Positions 55,033 to 60,854 of a stretch of DNA of 60,854 bases are shown here, piece by piece. How positions within the stretch are numbered: the first letter of the stretch is position 1; every line of letters begins with the position of its first letter. The DNA is taken from contig MEQL01000004.1 in NCBI GenBank assembly GCA_001770205.1, positions 1-60,854 of the forward strand, given 5' to 3'. A program made the translations under genes and the position numbers. The stretch comes from Bdellovibrionales bacterium RIFOXYD12_FULL_39_22 (GTDB taxonomy: Bacteria > Bdellovibrionota > Bacteriovoracia > Bacteriovoracales > Bacteriovoracaceae). Below the pieces are notes generated by a model that worked only from the letters and a program-made list of their open reading frames with translations, made no database searches and was not told where the DNA came from.

Positions 55033-55452
55033 TTATGTATCCCAGCGAGATTTTTCCTTGTTAAATTTTTCTTTGGCCGTCTCCAATGTTTCCTTGTGAG
55101 ATTGTTCCATCTCGTCTAGTTGATTTTTAAAAGATGCTTTTACCTCGGATACTTGATCACCATGAGTTATCTTGAGATTTCGCAACTCTGCATCGAGGCG
55201 TTCATTTTCTTCATCGATTCGCTCTTTGTGAGCAGAACGTAAATCTTGTAGTTTTTGTTCTAAATCGTTTTCTAGAGTTGAGACTTTTACTCCATAATCT
55301 TTTTCTAAGCTAGAGAGTGCCGCTTCATTGTTCTTAGCAACTTTTTGATATTCGCGATAGTTTTCGGCCTTCATCTTGCGCAATTCGAAATTATTGCGTT
55401 TGTACTCATTTTCTCGGTAGCGATTCATTTGTATTTGAGAAAGATCATCCAT
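55033..55452 (-). CDS. coiled-coil hypothetical protein
   Basis: E/K/L heptad-rich sequence; ATG 55452 after AAGGG. Confidence 0.65.
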   Translation of the reverse strand: MDDLSQIQMNRYRENEYKRNNFELRKMKAENYREYQKVAKNNEAALSSLEKDYGVKVSTLENDLEQKLQDLRSAHKERIDEENERLDAELRNLKITHGDQVSEVKASFKNQLDEMEQSHKETLETAKEKFNKEKSRWDT

Positions 55453-55638
55453 ACTATAAACACCCTTGTGCCAGGAAGAAGAGGCCAAGCACTGTAGATA
55501 ATTATACATTGCCAAACTTTTTTCATTCAATAGCGGAAATAATGGCCATTATTTTTGTGAGTGCTAAAAGCAGTTTTCAATAGTTGAAATCTAAACTATG
55601 ATTAGTATTAGTTTTGATAAATTGTGGACTAATTAAGT

Positions 55639-56937
55639 ATGGAACCTGGAAAATATATTTTTGATAAAACCGATTATGACGATTTTAAAAATTGGTTGCA
55701 ACTCAACTTGGATGGCATAACCTGGCAAGGCAAATTTGGAGCAGAGTTTGAAGATTTTTGGACAAATTTCTTTATTGATGGATTAAATCTTTCACAATTA
55801 GTTTATAGATTTAACTACGCTGTCACGACTGTTAAAGTGGGCCCTATTTCATCTTGGTTTTTATGGTTGCGCGATAAGTTCATTGTCTATGTTTTTATCT
55901 ATCGAGAGTTTACTGTCATGGATATTGCCATGCAAGTTGAGATTTCTATCTCTGAGTTGGCCGTAGTGTTGAGAAATTTCTTTCTGGAGAAATTGCCACA
56001 CTACGATGACGAGATTAGCGAGTTATTTCAAATTACCAATGTCTCCAGTGAAAATCTATCACTGGGCTTTAAAGACATTATGACAAAGCTAGAAATAGGG
56101 GATGATTTTTCAGGAACTCACGAAGACGATGTGATGCCTTCCATGGAAATTACTCTTTATCGCGAGTGGGGAACTTTTGTTGCTCAGATGAAGCGAGATT
56201 TTACTTCAAAAAAATTTAGCTTGGATAAGAAAAAGGCCTTAATGCCTGCGCGAGAGATTCTTCGCTTGGCCCGTGATTTTGTTTTGCTAATTGTTTTGGG
56301 AGTTGTCGTTATAACGTTGGTGCGAATGATTAATACCTGGTATGAAGAATTTCTTACTAACAAGATTAGTATTTACGAACCACAGTTTTTGCAAATAGAC
56401 AGCAACTTAAAATTTAAACCATTTGAGGAGATCGAAGACAAGGCGGATATGATTGATCTCGATAGAGTCGGTATTGATCTGGAAGATGAAGATAAATTTA
56501 AGCAGATTGAAGCAGAAGTATTTCAAACAGAGTCAGAAGTTGTTTTGGCCTCCTGGGAATCTCTTCCTAAAGATTTTGATCAGACAAATTTAGAACAATC
56601 GGCGTATGAGGAGCAAACAAAAGATGGTTATCGTGAAACGCGCTTTGGAAATAAAAAAGTATATCGGGTGATGATGAGATCGGTTAATGCCGAAGAGTCA
56701 AAAAAAAACTTAAACGAGTTGATTTCCAAGTACAGTATTTCACAGGTTGATAACGTCTCTCCAGGAACGATTGTTCCCGGAGGACTCTATTATAACTTAT
56801 ATGTTCCTCGCTTAGCGTTACGTGAATTTTTGACGGAAGTTTTGGAAGTTGATGAAGCAATTCTTTATGAAAATTTGGCCCGCGGAGATAATCCTCCGGG
56901 AGTAAACAAAGTATTTGTTTGGATTAAGACCATCTAA
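55639..56937 (+). CDS. hypothetical single-pass membrane protein
   Basis: Central TM helix FVLLIVLGVVVITLV; possible HTH-like segment TVMDIAMQVEISISELAVVL; acidic C-terminal half. Confidence 0.75.
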   Translation: MEPGKYIFDKTDYDDFKNWLQLNLDGITWQGKFGAEFEDFWTNFFIDGLNLSQLVYRFNYAVTTVKVGPISSWFLWLRDKFIVYVFIYREFTVMDIAMQVEISISELAVVLRNFFLEKLPHYDDEISELFQITNVSSENLSLGFKDIMTKLEIGDDFSGTHEDDVMPSMEITLYREWGTFVAQMKRDFTSKKFSLDKKKALMPAREILRLARDFVLLIVLGVVVITLVRMINTWYEEFLTNKISIYEPQFLQIDSNLKFKPFEEIEDKADMIDLDRVGIDLEDEDKFKQIEAEVFQTESEVVLASWESLPKDFDQTNLEQSAYEEQTKDGYRETRFGNKKVYRVMMRSVNAEESKKNLNELISKYSISQVDNVSPGTIVPGGLYYNLYVPRLALREFLTEVLEVDEAILYENLARGDNPPGVNKVFVWIKTI

Positions 56938-58835
56938 TTATTTATGGGTGTTGACTCATTTGGGGCCTCAGAATTATCACTACCCGAAGAAGCTTCCTCT
57001 TCTTTTTTTTGTCTTTCCTCTGCTCGTTTTTGTTCTTCCTCCGTTCCATAACCAAGCATACTGTCGTTAATCTGGTCAGGTGATAGCGAAGCACTGCTTC
57101 TGTTATTTTCGTCTTCATCGTCGTGCTGGTTATTTTGCTGAGTGATCGTGTCAGTAATTTGTTGTAGCAGTTTGAAATCCTTGGCACCATAATTATTGGC
57201 AGAATTTTCTAAATTACTGGGCGATCGACCGGCCACTTCTTTATCGGAAGCAAAGGCGCTATCGGCCATCTCTTGTGCTAGAGTCTGAGTGTTGGCCCCT
57301 AATTTTTTCCCACTACTATCTTCTACACTGAAATAGCCAGAAATAACGTTATTAAAGTGGACCAATTCTTTATACTCACTGGCGGTTGATTCAATTTGCT
57401 TTTTAATTCCTTCCAGCTGGCCTTTGTTTTCTACTGTCGTTGGATCATCGCTTTTTCCGGCCACCGAAGTTTTATTGATATTTTCCGCTAGTTGCTTAAT
57501 GATCATTTCTCGTTCTTGTTCATAGTTAGTCTGAATTTTGTCTTTTAAAATCTCTGCATTATCACTGTTGACCATTTCTTCAACTTTTTCTCGACGCTCA
57601 TCCTTCATATATTTTTCTACACCAGCTTCATCGGTTACTTCTTTTTCAATTTTATTTTGTATTGCCCCACTCTCTACAACATATTCATCCATGGCCTTTT
57701 CTAATTTTTTCTTTTCCTCAGAACTGTTGAGATACTTTTTACATAACTCGCTATTGGCAGCATCAATGCATTTGGCCTGTAGTTCTTGGGCCTGCACTTC
57801 TAGGGCCGAACCATATCCAGAAGTATTGATCACCTCATTAGAGGTTAGTGTTGTTAGATGGTCGATGTTTTTGGTTTCTCCTTTTTCAGAGGTGGCCAAT
57901 CCACGATAAACGCTGGTGTTTTGTTTTCCCACGATTTCAACACTTGGCGCCTCTTTAGCATTGGCCTCAGCCGCTTTTTTTAGATCATCAATGGCAAAAA
58001 GATTTTGCTTCAATGCTCGCAAATTAGCAGTTACCACACAGGCGCGTTGCTTAGAATAATTTTTATCTTTCTTTTCTTCCTCCTCGCCTTCTTCGGCCGA
58101 AGTGTTATGGCAAATATCTTGAATTTGGGTTATGCATTCAGACCACTGAACATATGCCACCGGATTACCATTTTTCTCAACAGAGGTTAAAGATTTTAAG
58201 TTTTTTTGTCGCTGCGCCTTTCGTTTCCCATCATTTTCATTTATGTAGAATTTATTCTCGGAATTTGCGTCGATACAATAGTAGGTGACTGTTGAGACAA
58301 CATTTTTTCCCAGTTGAGATTCAAACATTTCCCAAAAGACGCCATGATCTGCCACTTTTCCTTCGGTGTAGGTGTTGTTTTTAATTTCGCCATACATCGC
58401 GTCTTTTAACTTTTTCAAATAATATTCTTCCAACTTTAAAATTGCCGGATCGGAGCTGTTATCTAATTCGGTCTGATTGAGCGATTCAAAACTATCTTTT
58501 TGCTCACTGTTTAATTTCATATATTTTTCATACAAATCATTCATCTTTTCCTGGCCAACTCCCTTTGCCAGACACTCTTGCATTTTTGTCGCATAGTTGG
58601 CAGCGTTGCTGTTAGGCTGGCCTTTTTTACACTCGTCATACACTGGCCGTACGGATGGATCATTTAAAATGGCAGGAACATTTCCTTCGTCGTTGGAGTC
58701 AGAAATTCTCGTTTCAAGAGTATTGTAGAGCTTTTCGGGTTTCTTTGAATTATTATCCTGCGCCATCGCCACATCTGCGCTTATTAGTAAGACAATTACT
58801 GTCACAGATGAATATAAAAGTTCTACTATTCCCAT
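56934..58835 (-). CDS. large exported helical hypothetical protein
   Basis: Signal peptide ending AMA; paired Cys; acidic tail; start approximate. Confidence 0.75.
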   Translation of the reverse strand: MGIVELLYSSVTVIVLLISADVAMAQDNNSKKPEKLYNTLETRISDSNDEGNVPAILNDPSVRPVYDECKKGQPNSNAANYATKMQECLAKGVGQEKMNDLYEKYMKLNSEQKDSFESLNQTELDNSSDPAILKLEEYYLKKLKDAMYGEIKNNTYTEGKVADHGVFWEMFESQLGKNVVSTVTYYCIDANSENKFYINENDGKRKAQRQKNLKSLTSVEKNGNPVAYVQWSECITQIQDICHNTSAEEGEEEEKKDKNYSKQRACVVTANLRALKQNLFAIDDLKKAAEANAKEAPSVEIVGKQNTSVYRGLATSEKGETKNIDHLTTLTSNEVINTSGYGSALEVQAQELQAKCIDAANSELCKKYLNSSEEKKKLEKAMDEYVVESGAIQNKIEKEVTDEAGVEKYMKDERREKVEEMVNSDNAEILKDKIQTNYEQEREMIIKQLAENINKTSVAGKSDDPTTVENKGQLEGIKKQIESTASEYKELVHFNNVISGYFSVEDSSGKKLGANTQTLAQEMADSAFASDKEVAGRSPSNLENSANNYGAKDFKLLQQITDTITQQNNQHDDEDENNRSSASLSPDQINDSMLGYGTEEEQKRAEERQKKEEEASSGSDNSEAPNESTPINN

Positions 58836-59076
58836 ACATCTAATTATCGTCGGAAACAGCTTTATACTTGAGTAAAAAGCTCTAGCTCGCAACAACTAAC
58901 TAATTTTACGCCAATCATATGGACAGGAAGAGCTGGCCAGACAAAATCATACGCCAAATTTTTGAGTCAAAGTGGCCACTGACATAGTTTAGAGTGTAAC
59001 CATAAATAATTTTTTACAGGCCGATTTTTTCTTGTTACCGTATCTGCCCTAGCCCCAGTAAACTTTAGGAGACTTT

Positions 59077-60465
59077 ATGCACAGCAAATTTAAAACAATC
59101 ATTGAACCATTTAGAATAAAAATGGTTGAGCCCATCAAGATGACAACTTTATCTGAACGTAAAAAATATTTAGAAGAGGCTGCCTATAATCTTTTTCAAA
59201 TTCGGGCGGAAAATATTTTGATTGATCTTCTCACTGATAGTGGAACCGGAGCAATGTCTGCGGCGCAGTGGGGAAAAATGATGGAAGGTGACGAGTCATA
59301 TGCTGGCTGCAAATCTTTTTATGATATGAAAGATGCTGTCGTAGATCTGACAGGATATAAACACGTTTTTCCAACACACCAAGGAAGAGCGGCTGAGAGA
59401 ATTCTTTTTAGTTGTATTGGAGGTGAGGGGAAAATAATATTAAATAACACACACTTTGATACAACTCGTGCCAATGTTGAATATACTAAGGCCGAGGCCA
59501 TTGATCTCGTTATTGATGAAGGGAGAGACCCTTCCTCGCTTCATCCCTTCAAAGGAAACATGGATTTAGTAAAGCTCGAGAACACGCTAAAGCAGTATGC
59601 CGGCAGTGATAGAGTACAAATGTGTATGATGACGATTACTAATAATTCGGGTGGAGGGCAACCTGTTTCCATGCAAAATATTCGGGAAACAAAGGCCATT
59701 TGCCAAAAATATAAAATTCCTTTTTTTCTTGATGCGTGTCGCTTTGCAGAGAATGCCTATTTTATTAAACAGCGAGAAGACGGATTTAAAAACAAAGCAA
59801 TTAAGCAAATTGTGCAAGAAATGTTTTCTTATGCAGATGGCTGTACAATGAGCGCGAAGAAGGATGCTATTGTAAATATGGGAGGTTTTTTAGCGTTTAA
59901 TGATGATAATCTGGCCATTGGTGTGCAAAACATGCTGATCCTCACGGAAGGATTTTCTACCTATGGAGGATTGTCTGGGCGAGATTTAGCAGCTCTAGCG
60001 CAAGGCTTGAAGGAAGTTGTGGATGAAGATTATCTCGAATATCGCATTGTATCCACTCAGTATTTGGGGAATGCACTGATAGAGATGGGAGTGCCAGTAG
60101 TGCGGCCTATAGGGGGACATGCCGTGTACATTGATGCAAAGGCCATGCTGCCACATATTTCGGCCTTACAATATCCTGGACAGGCATTGGCGTGCGCGCT
60201 CTATTTGGAGGGAGGAATTCGTAGCGTAGAGATAGGAAGTTTTATGTTTGGTTCCTACGACAAAAAAACAGGCGCAGAAATTCCTTCAAAAATGGAGCTG
60301 GTTCGCTTGGCAATTCCGCGGCGAGTATACACTCAAAGTCATATTGATTTTGTTATTGAAGTTATTGCGGAAGTTAATAAAAATAAGAACGCCCTTCGTG
60401 GCTATAAGGTTGTAGAGCAGCCACCGTTTTTGCGTCATTTTTCCGCAAAACTCAAAAAACTCTAA
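59077..60465 (+). CDS. tnaA: tryptophanase (PLP-dependent beta-eliminating lyase)
   Basis: EPFRIKMVE, IDLLTDSGT, THQGRAAE, MSAKKD (PLP Lys), RSVEIGS and VRLAIPRRVYTQSH motifs. Confidence 0.88.
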   Translation: MHSKFKTIIEPFRIKMVEPIKMTTLSERKKYLEEAAYNLFQIRAENILIDLLTDSGTGAMSAAQWGKMMEGDESYAGCKSFYDMKDAVVDLTGYKHVFPTHQGRAAERILFSCIGGEGKIILNNTHFDTTRANVEYTKAEAIDLVIDEGRDPSSLHPFKGNMDLVKLENTLKQYAGSDRVQMCMMTITNNSGGGQPVSMQNIRETKAICQKYKIPFFLDACRFAENAYFIKQREDGFKNKAIKQIVQEMFSYADGCTMSAKKDAIVNMGGFLAFNDDNLAIGVQNMLILTEGFSTYGGLSGRDLAALAQGLKEVVDEDYLEYRIVSTQYLGNALIEMGVPVVRPIGGHAVYIDAKAMLPHISALQYPGQALACALYLEGGIRSVEIGSFMFGSYDKKTGAEIPSKMELVRLAIPRRVYTQSHIDFVIEVIAEVNKNKNALRGYKVVEQPPFLRHFSAKLKKL

Positions 60466-60605
60466 AAAAATAATGTCAGAGTAAAAAACTCATGTAAATT
60501 TTATTGAAAAAAAGCTGTGTTTTTCAATATTTGCTCTAAAAAAACTACATTTCTAAAAAAACATAACTTTTTTAACTTTTTTTTTGACATTGCTGAAATA
60601 ATTAG

Positions 60606-60634
60606 TTGACAGACAAAGTAGTCTCAAATAGATT
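60606..60634 (+). promoter_or_regulatory. sigma70 promoter of the tRNA
   Basis: TTGACA-N17-TAGATT with upstream T-tracts. Confidence 0.6.
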
Positions 60635-60669
60635 CCCAAAATCCTTTGGACAATTTCGTGTGTTTGATT

Positions 60670-60745
60670 GGGGATGTAGCTCAACTGGGAGAGCGTCTGC
60701 TTTGCACGCAGAAGGTCGCAGGTTCGATCCCTGTCATCTCCACCA
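60670..60745 (+). tRNA. tRNA-Ala (UGC)
   Basis: GGGGATG/CATCTCC acceptor stem with G3:U70; TCTGC-TT-TGC-AC-GCAGA anticodon arm; GGTTCGATCC T-loop; encoded CCA. Confidence 0.98.
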
Positions 60746-60854
60746 AATATGGCCAAATGGATAAGCTCTTTAAAAACTAAATATTAGATTAAAAAGAATC
60801 ATCAACTTAGGTTGATGGTTACCACGATGAGAAAGACCATGGCATACACAAAGT

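Noticed and set aside
285..59851. Numerous 60-190 aa ORFs overlapping longer genes (e.g. 1040-1300, 36694-37077, 41080-41577, 49754-50317, 57538-57909)
   Set aside because: Antisense or off-frame shadows of well-supported genes, with no motif support
59077..60465. Tyrosine phenol-lyase call
   Set aside because: MSAKKD and VEIGS match tryptophanase rather than the MSGKKD and MERG motifs of Tpl
60553..60756. 67-aa ORF
   Set aside because: Antisense to tRNA-Ala and its promoter

Overview
AT-rich bacterial chromosome segment, most consistent with a predatory Bdellovibrionota member, probably Bacteriovoracia-like. This is inferred from the Tad/Flp pilus cluster followed by an RHS/YD gene and a small exported protein (the gene order of the Bdellovibrio hit locus), a TIGR02147-family gene and many orphan exported proteins. 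From left to right: (1) 0.4-11.3 kb, a minus-strand run of DUF4105, DUF3015, ferredoxin, thioredoxin and a PEGA/beta-barrel gene, headed by a luciferase-less lux-like acyl-activation/reduction operon (tandem GNAT, LuxE, LuxC fused to a PaaK-like ligase, a second PaaK-like ligase). (2) About 14-24 kb, an accessory patch with a Fic-HTH gene behind an inverted repeat, a stray copy of a fic fragment, TIGR02147 plus an exported ankyrin gene, an ISAs1 scrap, a disrupted beta-helix gene, an AAA/DUF4143 ATPase, an exported isochorismatase and a decamer tandem repeat. (3) 26-39 kb, housekeeping genes: ppx, an AsmA-like gene, uvrD/pcrA, glmS, glmU, lon, dCMP deaminase and a CheY-like regulator. (4) 39-54 kb, the hit-like/Tad locus with a 1121-aa lipoprotein adhesin carrying two C-type-lectin-like domains, and a divergent 6S RNA. 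(5) 54-61 kb, hypothetical genes, tryptophanase and tRNA-Ala(UGC). The best candidates for under-described systems are the lux-like acyl operon and the hit/Tad locus with its adhesin and putative sigma28/sigma54 control. All family calls come from motif recognition by eye; no database searches were run.
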